This document shows, in pieces, positions 52,356 through 62,110 of a DNA stretch of 64,000 nucleotides (its first letter is position 1; every line of letters starts with the position of its first letter). The stretch comes from an uncultured Desulfatitalea sp. Lineage in GTDB: Bacteria; Desulfobacterota; Desulfobacteria; Desulfobacterales; Desulfosarcinaceae. The stretch is taken from the NCBI GenBank assembly GCA_963668675.2, contig CAXXMB010000001.1, positions 480,001 through 544,000 of the forward strand. The letters run 5' to 3'. The position numbers and the translations under genes were made by a program. A model generated the notes under the pieces. That model was not told where the DNA came from, made no database searches, and was given only the letters and a program-made list of their open reading frames with translations.

Positions 52356-52787
52356 ATGAATACAACCCATAAGAATTGGCTAAACATCGCAGAGAGAATT
52401 AGATCACTGGTAGATAACCTTTCAGAAGAGAAGCAGAAACAGCTGTTAGACCTGTTGATTGAATGGCAGCAGACTGAACAGCGCGATGACGAACGCATTC
52501 CATGTCTTATAGCGGTTTCCTATGCTGATCAGAAAAGAGTTTATCATGATTTTATCCAGGATTTAAGCAAAGGAGGTGTGTTTATCGAGACGCGGGAGCC
52601 GTTGACGGTAGGCGAAAAAATCTCCCTGACCTTTGCCATGCCCCCAACTCAGAGTCATTTTAAGATTTCGGGCAAGATTGTTCGTACGACAAAAGAGGGT
52701 GTTGGCATACAGTTTGAGAACAAATTGAGCCAGTATCAGGAAGAAATTATTCGAAAGTTGGTTGGAAAAGGTCGAATCTTTTATTAG
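52356..52787 (+). CDS. PilZ-domain protein
   Basis: QRDDERI (RxxxR) and DLSKGG (DxSxxG). Confidence 0.9.
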   Translation: MNTTHKNWLNIAERIRSLVDNLSEEKQKQLLDLLIEWQQTEQRDDERIPCLIAVSYADQKRVYHDFIQDLSKGGVFIETREPLTVGEKISLTFAMPPTQSHFKISGKIVRTTKEGVGIQFENKLSQYQEEIIRKLVGKGRIFY

Positions 52788-52946
52788 AGCTGCATACTTT
52801 CGCCCCGTTTTGGAAAGCCTCTTGTATGGATGGTGACAGATTGTTACAAATCACTCATTTATAAGCCATGATGTAGTTTTGCCTGAAATACACACCTCCA
52901 TTTCTTCCCTTTACAACCAACCGAATTAATTGCCGAAACAGGAATT

Positions 52947-54020
52947 ATGAATATGGATACTATTCTAGTAACAGGTGGCGCCGGATTCATCGGGAGCAAT
53001 TTTATCAGGCATAGGTTAACCACTGATCAAAAGTACAGAATTGTCAATCTCGATGCGGCTACCTACGCGGGTAATCCTGCCAATTTGTCTGATTTTGCTG
53101 AAAAATTACCGGCTCGTTACCGGTTTGTCCATGGTGATATCGGTGATGTTGAGTTTGTGCAGCGCATTTTAACTGAAGAGAAGTGCCGTGGGGTGGTTCA
53201 TTTTGCCGCCGAATCGCATGTCGATCGGTCGATTCATGGGCCTCTGGCGTTTGTCGAAACAAATGTCATGGGGACCAGCCGACTATTGAATGCCTTTAAA
53301 AGTGTATGGGAGCAGCAGGGACGACCGGTGGATTTTCGTTTTTTGCATGTTTCCACCGATGAAGTTTATGGGAGTTTGGGCCCGGAGGGATATTTCGATG
53401 AGACCACTGCCTATGATCCTTCCAGTCCTTATTCGGCGTCCAAGGCGGGTTCCGACCACATGGTGCGCGCATGGCACCGGACTTATGGCGTTCCGACAAT
53501 GATCACCAACTGTTCGAACAACTATGGTCCGTACCAGTTTCCCGAGAAGTTGATTCCGTTGATTATCATCAACATTCTGGAATCGAAACCGCTGCCGGTG
53601 TACGGAGATGGCAGGAATGTACGGGACTGGCTCTATGTGATCGATCATTGCGAGGCGCTTTCACTGGTGTTTGAAAAGGGATTGCCGGGGGAGACTTATA
53701 ATATCGGTGGCGGGGCCGAGCGTGAGAATATTCAGGTGGTGCATCGGTTGTGCGATATTATGGATGATCGGCTGGGGCGTAAAGGTGAGGATAGCAGCCG
53801 CAATCTGATTCAGTATGTGACGGATCGTCCCGGGCATGATCGGCGCTATGCGATCAATGCGGACAAGATTAAACGTGAATTGGGATGGCGGCCGCGATTC
53901 GAGTTTGAGGCGGCGCTGGCCGAGACGGTGGATTGGTATTTGGGGAATCGGGAGTGGATTGATTTTGTGCGCTCCGGGGACTACCGCAATTGGATTGAGA
54001 CGAATTATGAGAGGCGTTAG
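52947..54020 (+). CDS. rmlB: dTDP-glucose 4,6-dehydratase
   Basis: GGAGFIG, AAESHVDRSI, STDEVYG and YSASK motifs. Confidence 0.97.
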   Translation: MNMDTILVTGGAGFIGSNFIRHRLTTDQKYRIVNLDAATYAGNPANLSDFAEKLPARYRFVHGDIGDVEFVQRILTEEKCRGVVHFAAESHVDRSIHGPLAFVETNVMGTSRLLNAFKSVWEQQGRPVDFRFLHVSTDEVYGSLGPEGYFDETTAYDPSSPYSASKAGSDHMVRAWHRTYGVPTMITNCSNNYGPYQFPEKLIPLIIINILESKPLPVYGDGRNVRDWLYVIDHCEALSLVFEKGLPGETYNIGGGAERENIQVVHRLCDIMDDRLGRKGEDSSRNLIQYVTDRPGHDRRYAINADKIKRELGWRPRFEFEAALAETVDWYLGNREWIDFVRSGDYRNWIETNYERR

Positions 54021-54168
54021 TATTAACCCGGCAATTAATAATTACAACAATCGTCATTCCGGCGGAGGCCGGGGATGCAGTGAAGCCTTGGTGCTATACA
54101 GACCGTTACTGGATCCCGGATCAAGTCCGGGATGACAAAGGTTGGCCTATTTGATTGCGGGTAAATAA
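54021..54168 (+). repeat. MITE with palindromic core
   Basis: TATTAACCCGGCAATTA...TTGATTGCGGGTAAATAA ends. Confidence 0.8.
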
Positions 54169-54241
54169 GTAGGGGCGGGGTCTATCCCCGCCTGGGCGCA
54201 GTCAATGCGTTTGATTGGGCAGGGGTAAACCCCGCCCCTAC
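54169..54241. repeat. GTAG-type REP doublet (REPIN-like)
   Basis: GTAGGGGCGGGGTCTATCCCCGCC and inverted GGCAGGGGTAAACCCCGCCCCTAC. Confidence 0.75.
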
Positions 54242-54412
54242 ATGGTTGGAGTAGACAGCACTTGTCTTTCTGGTGGGAGCGGTAGCTTAGGTGGTTTCTG
54301 GATCCCGGATCATAAAAGCCTGCCCGGACCACGTTCCGGGGGCCGGGATGAAGCTGATCAGGCGCTTAATTGACGGATTAACGACTGGAAGAGATAGAGG
54401 GGACGGACCAAG

Positions 54413-55288
54413 ATGAAAGGTATTATTCTCGCTGGAGGTTCGGGGACGCGGCTTTATCCGATTACGCGGGTTGTGAGCAAGCAGTTGCTGCCCATATATG
54501 ACAAGCCGATGATTTACTATCCGTTGTCGATACTGATGCTGGCCGGCATCAGGGATATTATTGTGGTTTCCACGCCTGAGGATCTGCCCAAGTTCGAGTC
54601 GTTGCTTAAGGATGGCAGTCAGTGGGGGGTCAACTTCAGTTATGTGGTGCAGCCTAAGCCGGAGGGGATCGCCCAGGCGTTTATTGTGGCCAAACAGCAT
54701 ATTGTGGGTGAGAATGTGTGTCTGATTCTGGGCGACAATATCTTCTATGGTCACGGGTTGCCGGAGCAGATCAACTCTGCTGCGGCCAGGAAAGAGGGGG
54801 CTTCGGTATTTGGGTACTGGGTGAAGAATCCTCAGCGGTATGGTGTGGTGAGCTTTGACGATAACGGCAAGGCGGTCGATATCGAAGAGAAGCCGGCCAA
54901 GCCCAAATCTCATTGGGCGGTGACGGGGCTCTATTTTTATGACAAGCATGTGGTGGATTTTGCCGAGCAGTTGAAGCCTTCGGCGCGTGGTGAGCTGGAG
55001 ATTACCGATTTGAATCTGGTCTATCTGCAGCGCGAGCAGTTGTTTGTAGAGAAGATCGGGCGTGGTGTGGCTTGGCTCGATACGGGGACGCACGAGAGCA
55101 TGATGCAGGCGTCGGGTTTTATAGAGGTGATCGAGCAGCGGCAGGGGCTGAAGGTGGCGTGCATCGAAGAGATCGCCTATCGCATGGGGTATATCGATGC
55201 GGAGCAGGTGCTGCGGTTGGCCCACCCGCTGGAGAAGAACAACTACGGTCAGTATCTGGTCGAAATCATCAATGGATTGCATGATTAG
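54413..55288 (+). CDS. rmlA: Glucose-1-phosphate thymidylyltransferase
   Basis: [26 protein letters not shown] and WLDTGT motifs. Confidence 0.97.
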   Translation: MKGIILAGGSGTRLYPITRVVSKQLLPIYDKPMIYYPLSILMLAGIRDIIVVSTPEDLPKFESLLKDGSQWGVNFSYVVQPKPEGIAQAFIVAKQHIVGENVCLILGDNIFYGHGLPEQINSAAARKEGASVFGYWVKNPQRYGVVSFDDNGKAVDIEEKPAKPKSHWAVTGLYFYDKHVVDFAEQLKPSARGELEITDLNLVYLQREQLFVEKIGRGVAWLDTGTHESMMQASGFIEVIEQRQGLKVACIEEIAYRMGYIDAEQVLRLAHPLEKNNYGQYLVEIINGLHD

Positions 55289-55290
55289 CG

Positions 55291-55842
55291 ATGAATATCA
55301 TTAAAACGAAACTCGATGGTGTTTTGATCATAGAGCCACGCGTGTTTGAAGATCCGCGTGGCTTTTTTATGGAGACTTACCATGCCCAGCGATACAGAGA
55401 GAGCGGTGTTGGGGTGACGTTTGTGCAGGACAATCTCTCCTATTCGTCAGAAGGGACGTTAAGAGGGCTTCACTACCAGCTGCCCCATGCCCAGGCGAAA
55501 TTGGTGCAGGCGCTCAAGGGGGAGGTGTTCGATGTGGCCGTCGATATCAGGAGGGGATCGCCGACGTTCGGGCAGTGGGAAGGGGTGATGCTTTCTGCCG
55601 AGAACCGGCGGCAGCTGTTTATTCCTGAAGGGTTTGCGCACGGTTTCTGTGTGGTGAGCAAGGATGCGATTTTTCATTATAAGTGCAGTGATATTTATGC
55701 GCCTGAGGCTGAGGGTGGTGTGGCTTGGGATGATCCGGAGTTGGGGATTGAGTGGCCGGTGGAGAAGCCGTTGGTTTCGGAGAAGGATCGGGGGTATCTG
55801 CCCTTGAATGAGATTGATGTTGGGCGGCTTCCTGAGGGTTGA
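55291..55842 (+). CDS. rmlC: dTDP-4-dehydrorhamnose 3,5-epimerase
   Basis: D.RGFF.E, FVQDN.S.S, LRGLH and GFAHGF motifs. Confidence 0.97.
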   Translation: MNIIKTKLDGVLIIEPRVFEDPRGFFMETYHAQRYRESGVGVTFVQDNLSYSSEGTLRGLHYQLPHAQAKLVQALKGEVFDVAVDIRRGSPTFGQWEGVMLSAENRRQLFIPEGFAHGFCVVSKDAIFHYKCSDIYAPEAEGGVAWDDPELGIEWPVEKPLVSEKDRGYLPLNEIDVGRLPEG

Positions 55843-56003
55843 TAGAGTTTGTTGGGTGAGTGTGTTTGTTGAGTTGGTAGAGTGGGTGAGTTTGTTGGGT
55901 TTGTAGAGTTTTTTGGGTTTTTTGAGTTGATAGAGTTTTTTGAGTTTATTGGGTTTGTTGTGTTTTTTTGGGTTGGTTGGGTTGATTTGGTTTGTTGGTT
56001 TTT
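55843..56003 (+). repeat. Degenerate 9-bp tandem repeat (G[A/G]GTTTGTT)n
   Basis: GT-rich 9-mer periodicity; also at 57106-57134, 60249-60280 and about 63465-63490. Confidence 0.8.
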
Positions 56004-56004
56004 T

Positions 56005-56079
56005 CGTCATACCGGCGAAGGCCGGTATCCAGAATCTTTCTGGATAGTGTGTGTTTGACGCGTTTGTGCTGGAATGACG
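56005..56079. repeat. Palindromic REP-like repeat
   Basis: CGTCATACCGGCGAAGGCCGGTATCCAG...CTGGAATGACG. Confidence 0.7.
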
Positions 56080-56168
56080 ATGTAGGCGGTCTGTGGCGTT
56101 TTTCGAGGTTTTTGTACATTGCTGAAGAGAAATGTTTTACTTAACTCGCTCTTTGTTGCTATCTTTTC

Positions 56169-57107
56169 ATGAAACGTACCGCACGTCTTACGATATTGTT
56201 TGCCTTCCTCGGCATCCTGACGCTTCTCTTTTTTATTGGGGGGCCGGATTACTATTCTACACGTTCATTTAAAGCCTTTTGGAACCTTGGGCACATCCTT
56301 TACTACGCTTTGATGTGCGTGGCGATATTTGCCTTTACCCGCAAGAGTCAGCATTCTGTCAGATTCCAAATTTCCATCATTTTGGTTGTAACCCTGCTGT
56401 TGGGGGTTGTCGTTGAATTGGTTCAAGCCGCCGGTTTTAACCGGACGCCTGATATTGGCGACTTGTTTCGAAACTTTATTGGTGCTGTTGTGGGCATCGC
56501 CTTTTTTCTACCCGGCAGGAAAGCCTTTTTCAAAGGGGCTTTATGGTTGCTTCAAGCCTTTTCTATTGTTCTGGTTGCATCTCAAATTTATCCGGTTGCT
56601 GCGGCGCTTACCGACGAGTATCGGGCGCGTAGGCAATTTCCCATTCTGGGGGATTTTGAAAACCCTTACGAGCTCCAGCGTTGGACCGGTTCTGCAGATA
56701 GGGCGATCGATGGTAGGATCGTATTTGCCGGCGAACATGCCATGCGGGTTTCGTTGGGTACCACTCTCTACTCCGGCGTTAGCTTAGAGTATTTTACCGG
56801 TGATTGGGCTGGCTTTTCACAGTTGCAATGCAGCATTTACAATCCGGATGCGAATCCGCTATCGATCACCTGCCGCATTCACGACGTTGTTCATATTCAA
56901 GGCGTTCAACGCTACGAAGATCGCTATAATCACTCCTTTATACTCGCTCAAGGATGGAACACGATTCGCATCGATCTGGAAGATGTTAAAAAGGCCCCGG
57001 CCAATCGCATTATGGACATGGGGCACATCCGCGGCGTCGGCATTTTTGCCACCCGACTGCCACGGCCCCGTGTCATCTACATCGATGATGTGCGATTGGT
57101 TCGATGA
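56169..57107 (+). CDS. VanZ-like membrane domain fused to a carbohydrate-binding-like domain
   Basis: WNLGH, VELVQ..R..D..D..RN; DFE...GWN.IRI...IYIDDVRL. Confidence 0.7.
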   Translation: MKRTARLTILFAFLGILTLLFFIGGPDYYSTRSFKAFWNLGHILYYALMCVAIFAFTRKSQHSVRFQISIILVVTLLLGVVVELVQAAGFNRTPDIGDLFRNFIGAVVGIAFFLPGRKAFFKGALWLLQAFSIVLVASQIYPVAAALTDEYRARRQFPILGDFENPYELQRWTGSADRAIDGRIVFAGEHAMRVSLGTTLYSGVSLEYFTGDWAGFSQLQCSIYNPDANPLSITCRIHDVVHIQGVQRYEDRYNHSFILAQGWNTIRIDLEDVKKAPANRIMDMGHIRGVGIFATRLPRPRVIYIDDVRLVR

Positions 57108-57258
57108 GTTTTTTGTGGGTTTGTTGAGTTTGTTAGACAATATGGTTGAAGGATAAGACAGCGCATTGAGAAAAAGGCCTGCCTAGCCTTGAAGACGTGG
57201 GTTATAGTAAGTGCAACTTAAAACCCTCACTACAGAGCCAAAATCAAGGAGGCAGGCC

Positions 57259-58368
57259 ATGAACAAGATAGTAAAGTATGTTGGTTTGGATGTCCACAAA
57301 GATTCGATCACCATTGCCATTGCCGATGAGGGTCGCAACGGCAACGTCCGGGTTTATGGCAAAATCGCCAACACGCCGGATCAAATTGATAAGGTCATGC
57401 GAAAGTTGATCTCGCAAAACGCTCAATTGCGATGTGTCTATGAAGCCGGCCCCTGCGGGTATCCGCTTTACAGGCATTTAACAAGCAACGGGATCGATTG
57501 TGTTGTGGTCGCTCCGGCATTGATTCCTAAAAAAAGCGGTGCTCGGGTCAAAAATGATCGCAGAGACGCCATAAAGCTGGCGACGCTGCATCGAGCCGGA
57601 GAACTTACCGCCGTTTATGTGCCCGATGAGCAAGATGAAGCCCTTCGCGATCTGGTTCGCGCCCGTAGCGATATTCAAAAGGCGCTGCGCACCGTCAAGC
57701 AACAGATCAATGCCTTTTTGCTGCGCCACGCAATCATCTATCCGGGTAGAACCAAATGGTGCAAGGCGCATCTGAATTGGCTCAAGGACATCAAAATGGC
57801 CCATCCGGCCCAGCAGATTGCCTTGACCGAGTACCTGGATACGATGGCAAGTACCGAGGCTCGAGTAAGCCGCATCAACGAGCAGATAGCATGTTTTTGC
57901 CACAGCTGGCGCCTTCACCCTGTTGTCCAGGCCCTTCAGTGTCTCCGGGGCGTGTCTCTGATCAGCGCCGTGACGGTCGTTGCCGAACTTGGCGATCTGA
58001 ACCGCTTCGACAATCCGGCCCAGCTGATGGCCTATTTGGGTCTTGTTCCCTCGGAGCATTCATCGGGCAATAGCGTCAAAAAGGGCGGCATCACCAAAAC
58101 CGGCAATACCCATGTGCGCAAAGCCCTGATCGAATCGGCACAGGCGTATCGGTTGCCCGCCCGCAAAAGCGCAACGATACGCAAACGGCAAGAAGCAATG
58201 CCCGATGATGTTGTCGATATCTCCTGGAAGGCGCAGCTGCGTTTATGCCACCGCTACCGAAGATTGATCGCCAGAGGAAAAAGACACAACGTTGTCGTCA
58301 CCGCCATTGCCCGTGAACTGGCCGGCTTTATCTGGGCCATTGCCAGGCGTATCCCCCTGGCGGCATAG
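57259..58368 (+). CDS. IS110 DEDD recombinase/transposase
   Basis: GLDVHK, YEAG, KNDRRDA and GLVPSEHSSG motifs. Confidence 0.95.
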   Translation: MNKIVKYVGLDVHKDSITIAIADEGRNGNVRVYGKIANTPDQIDKVMRKLISQNAQLRCVYEAGPCGYPLYRHLTSNGIDCVVVAPALIPKKSGARVKNDRRDAIKLATLHRAGELTAVYVPDEQDEALRDLVRARSDIQKALRTVKQQINAFLLRHAIIYPGRTKWCKAHLNWLKDIKMAHPAQQIALTEYLDTMASTEARVSRINEQIACFCHSWRLHPVVQALQCLRGVSLISAVTVVAELGDLNRFDNPAQLMAYLGLVPSEHSSGNSVKKGGITKTGNTHVRKALIESAQAYRLPARKSATIRKRQEAMPDDVVDISWKAQLRLCHRYRRLIARGKRHNVVVTAIARELAGFIWAIARRIPLAA

Positions 58369-58506
58369 GTGCAGGTAGCCTCCGCCGATCTGGTTGTCAA
58401 GGGTCAAGATGAACGCCTGGCGGCGCCCTTGACAACCAGATCGACTCCGGCTTTGGGGTTGACATGAGATGATTGGCATCATCTCTATTTGCAAAATAGC
58501 TCTTTT
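58367..58506. repeat. 140-bp multi-hairpin module, copy 1
   Basis: Near-identical to 59858-59997. Confidence 0.9.
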
Positions 58507-58659
58507 GGATCAGAGGATATTTATATCAAATAGCACATAGCATCGAGTAGTTGGGTGGGGGCGCGGTCACGGTTCGGAGAACCCTCGTACAAACCCTGGG
58601 AATAGCCCTTGCGGCTCAAACTCCCGCTGTGTAATGGTCAACAAAAAACGGACACAAAA

Positions 58660-59530
58660 TTAAGCAACTTTTAAGTACTGCTCTTTCTCATAATCCATCG
58701 GGGATAAATACCCCAAAGTAGAATGAAGTCGAATACTATTGTAGTATGTGATGTAGTCCAGTATTTCGTTTTTGGCATCATTGCGGGTAAAAAACCGACA
58801 TGCCGTCAGCCGTTCTGATTTAAGGGAACGAAAGAAGCGTTCTGTCGGAGCATTGTCCCAGCAGTTGCCCTTACGGCTCATCGACGAGATCATGCCATAG
58901 GTTTCAAGCCGATCCCGGTACTCATTGCATGCGTACTGGCTTCCACGGTTCGAATGGTGCATCAGCCCTTGGGCTGGTTTTCTTTGCCAGTAGGCCATGG
59001 ATAAGGCGCTGAGCGCCAGCTCCTTTTTCATTCGTTTGTCCATGGCCCAGCCAACAATTTGGCGAGAATACAAATCCATGATGATGGCCAGGTACAACCA
59101 GCCTTCAAAAGTCCACACGTAACTGATATCGGCCGTCCAGACCTTGTTGGGGGTATCTACATCAAAGTTGCGATCAAGCACATTAGGGGCTACCGCAAAT
59201 GAGTGTCGACTGTTGGTTGTCAACTTGAACCGTTTGGGGGTTTTCGCTTTAAGTCCTACTTGTCGCATGATTCGCCGTACCTTATATCGTCCAATTTCCT
59301 GGTCTTCAGCCTGAAGCTGTTTGACGATTCTGCGGGATCCATAACTGGATCTGGATTGATCGAAGATTTCCTTTATCCGGCCCCTTAGGCCTGTTTCTTC
59401 GGGGCGATGATCGCCACCAGGGGTATATCGATCCAGATAGTCATAAAACCCGCTCCGGCTAACCCGCATCACCGAACACAGTAAGGTGACGGGATAGGCC
59501 TTCATTTGCTGCCGGATGAACTCAAATCTT
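58660..59530 (-). CDS. IS3 OrfB integrase domain (second catalytic Asp replaced by Asn)
   Basis: WTADISY, HHSNRGSQY and GNCWDNAPTE motifs; 5' boundary approximate. Confidence 0.9.
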
Positions 59531-59828
59531 ACTTGGGTTCGTTTGCAAAGAAGGCCGCCGCCTTTTTTAAGATGTCACGCTCCATTAAAAGGCGTTTGTT
59601 CTCTTTACGCAGTTGCTTAACCTCGGCCTGCAGTTCCTGAGACGATCCTGCTTCGGTTTTGTTTTCCTTTTCGGCTCGATGCTGTCTGACCCAACGCGAT
59701 ACGTTGGTGTGATTGATCCCTAAACGGCGACCGACTTCGCTGCAGTTATAGCCTTGTTCGATTACCAGTTTTACCGCATCGTTTTTAAAGTCGTCGGTAA
59801 AGTCCCTGCGTTGTCGTTTTTCGCTCAT
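59529..59828 (-). CDS. IS3 OrfA
   Basis: FK.DAV.LV HTH; ERDILKKAAAFF. Confidence 0.9.
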   Translation of the reverse strand: MSEKRQRRDFTDDFKNDAVKLVIEQGYNCSEVGRRLGINHTNVSRWVRQHRAEKENKTEAGSSQELQAEVKQLRKENKRLLMERDILKKAAAFFANEPK

Positions 59829-59857
59829 TGAACACCTCGCTAAATGGCCTTTTGATC

Positions 59858-59997
59858 AGGTGCGAGTAGCCTCCGCCGATCTGGTTGTCAAGGGTCAAGA
59901 TGAACGCCTGGCGACGCCCTTGACAACCAGATCGACGGAGGCTTTGGGGTTGACATGAGATGATTGGCATCATCTCTATTTGTCAAATAGCTCTTTT
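59858..59997. repeat. 140-bp multi-hairpin module, copy 2
   Basis: Near-identical to 58367-58506. Confidence 0.9.
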
Positions 59998-60381
59998 AAA
60001 TTGCTCCCGCTCACACCCAGTTGATGTTTACGCTTAACTCGGTGTCCGATTTTATTGAACCACATTACTGTTAGACCGAGGCAGCTCCACGACGTAACCA
60101 AGTCAGGCGGTAGCCAACCCGCGAATATCAGAGTGATCAACCGTCGTTATGAATGACCCCGCCTCTGCCCAACTACTCGATGAAAAGCACTACCCGATTT
60201 TACTTGGCTAGGTCTGCTTTTTTCTGTTGACAAACATTCAACCATATCGGGTTTGTTGGGTTGGTTGGGTTTGTGGGTTTTGATAGTTGTTTTTTGCATT
60301 GAGGTTACTGCGTTATGTAGCTGCTCGATTTTATTTTGGCATAGGAAGAAACTTTCTTCGGTATCGATGTTGAAGTAGTTA

Positions 60382-62054
60382 GGGCTTCCTGAATAATCCG
60401 TGACCCCAACGTTGCTCTGTGCCCAATGCCCGATTAGATACACGTAGTCGCAAATTTGTCCGATCTTAACTGTATCTGCGGGCTTTGAATGCGACTGTTA
60501 TCGTCAAAACTGAACCTATGGAGAAGTAAAAGGAAACAAAAAAGAAGGCTATTGAGCCACTTCTCTAAATTCATCACCAAAAATACTACAGCTATGGCAG
60601 TCTCAGATGTGCTGTCCAGCTTGCTCATGATCTTTGACAAACTGAATCGACGCTTTCCCTGTCCAAATTTTCCTTCAATGGGGATACGATCAAGTTCATC
60701 CTGCCGGGCCTGCTTCTGTATCGCTTTGCGGACTTCGGTATCGGAAGGTGGCCGCCCCAGTGCAGGGCCGGATAACCGGATGCCGTGCTTTTTACAGAAC
60801 TTGATGTTGTCCCTGTTGCGATAGATCTTGTCGGCATGAATTGAGGCGGGATAACAACCAAAGCGGTCTTTGTATGCTTGCGCCTGTTTGATTAAATCAG
60901 CCGACTCGTTATATGCATCCCAGTTCAATCGGTCCAAAAAGCAGTATCCGTCAACCGCGCTGACTGATATCTTGGCTCCAAATTCCGTAGCAGCTCCTGC
61001 CTTGCCACGTTTAATGGGCCGAACATGCGGTTGGTAGATGTTGACAATAGGATCATCGATTCTTTTGACCTTCTGATCATACATCCACTTTTGCTGGCGA
61101 TACACTTCATTGATGACCAACAACAGCTTGTACATGCGCTTTTTAAGCATCAACAACGATGAAATCTGCGATAACTTGTCGATCGTTTTAAGATTACGCC
61201 TCAGATAGCCCAGTTGTTGACGTATGGCCTTGCGCATTTTGCTCTTCGGCACCTTCTTGCTTTTTGCAATGGCAAGAAACTGTTTTCGTGCTTTTTTGCG
61301 ATAGGTGCGCGGTTTTTTAAGTTTGCCTCTGTGGGGTCGGTGCAAAACATCAATAATTTTTTCGCTTTTTTCTCTGGCCTCATTGAGTATTTTCAGATCG
61401 GTAGGGAAAGTAATGTCGGCCGGTGTGCAGGTCGCATCAATCAACAATTTACCACTGTTTGGCTTTTTCCCATCAGCGCCACCGCCACTGTTGTCTTTAC
61501 CGTCATCTTTCGCATTTTTTTTGACCGATCTTGCTTTGTGATTCACAGTTTCGATGATCTGGCAAATGGCTTTCTTGCCGAAACGCTTTCTAAAATGAAC
61601 AAACATTGTGGAGTGAAATGGTTCTTCATCACGATAGTCCGTAAAGCCTAAAAAGTATTGCAGGTAAGGGTTTTCGCGAATCTGCTCGACGGTCTCTTCA
61701 TCTGAGGTGCCAAGCTTTTCCTTTATGATCAACGCACCCAATGCAATACGTACCGACATCGCCGGTGGCCCTAATCCGGAACCTGACAGCTTCTTTGCAT
61801 AGGCCTCTTCAAATTCTTCCCAGGGAATAAATTTGGCCAGTTTTACCCATCGATTATCACTTCGTAATTTTCCATCAAAAGGAAGGTTGAAATTTTCAAA
61901 TTCCAGTTGCTTCAGATTGTGTTTGTACATGGTTTTCCCGGGCAAAAAGTGCAAGGTTATTTGTGGTTTTCGGTGAGTTCTCGATCACTTTTTGTCCTGT
62001 TTATAACATATTTTTGTTGCGTTTACAATACCTTACACTTAATTCAGGAAGCCC
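60382..62054 (-). mobile_element. IS5-family element, apparently intact
   Basis: TIRs GGGCTTCCTGAAT; 6-bp TSD TAGTTA. Confidence 0.95.
60434..61930 (-). CDS. IS5-family transposase
   Basis: SDEETVEQIRENPYLQYF, IDATC, HADKIYR and IEGKFG motifs. Confidence 0.95.
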   Translation of the reverse strand: MYKHNLKQLEFENFNLPFDGKLRSDNRWVKLAKFIPWEEFEEAYAKKLSGSGLGPPAMSVRIALGALIIKEKLGTSDEETVEQIRENPYLQYFLGFTDYRDEEPFHSTMFVHFRKRFGKKAICQIIETVNHKARSVKKNAKDDGKDNSGGGADGKKPNSGKLLIDATCTPADITFPTDLKILNEAREKSEKIIDVLHRPHRGKLKKPRTYRKKARKQFLAIAKSKKVPKSKMRKAIRQQLGYLRRNLKTIDKLSQISSLLMLKKRMYKLLLVINEVYRQQKWMYDQKVKRIDDPIVNIYQPHVRPIKRGKAGAATEFGAKISVSAVDGYCFLDRLNWDAYNESADLIKQAQAYKDRFGCYPASIHADKIYRNRDNIKFCKKHGIRLSGPALGRPPSDTEVRKAIQKQARQDELDRIPIEGKFGQGKRRFSLSKIMSKLDSTSETAIAVVFLVMNLEKWLNSLLFCFLLLLHRFSFDDNSRIQSPQIQLRSDKFATTCI

Positions 62055-62110
62055 TAGTTATGCGAAAGAACATCCCGTATTCATTTGTTCGGGTTTTTCG
62101 AGAAGAAGGG

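Larger units (their letters stand above)
58631..60068 (-). mobile_element. IS3-family element
   Basis: TIRs GTAATG...CGGACAC; 3-bp TSD TGT; orfA/orfB with A6G slippery site. Confidence 0.9.
58540..60180 (+). ncRNA. Putative bridge/seek RNA region of the IS110 element, split by IS3 (58631-60068)
   Basis: Non-coding 3' end with hairpins and short matches to target flanks and circle junction; boundaries approximate. Confidence 0.55.
57135..60248 (+). mobile_element. IS110-family element (IS1111-like arrangement) interrupted by IS3
   Basis: 11-bp sub-terminal IRs ATATGGTTGAA (57140-57150) / TTCAACCATAT (60237-60247); long 3' non-coding region; outward-facing TTGACA at 60227. Confidence 0.85.

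Noticed and set aside
54287..55282. 331-aa minus-strand ORF
   Set aside because: Antisense shadow of rmlA; the many short overlapping ORFs in IS and GC-rich genes are rejected for the same reason.
55843..56003. CRISPR array or real protein (ORF 55459-56010)
   Set aside because: Degenerate 9-mers without spacers or cas genes; the ORF is antisense to rmlC plus repeat translation.
47046..57107. VanZ-like genes as glycopeptide resistance
   Set aside because: VanZ-like domains are common in exosortase/EPS loci; no van operon is present.
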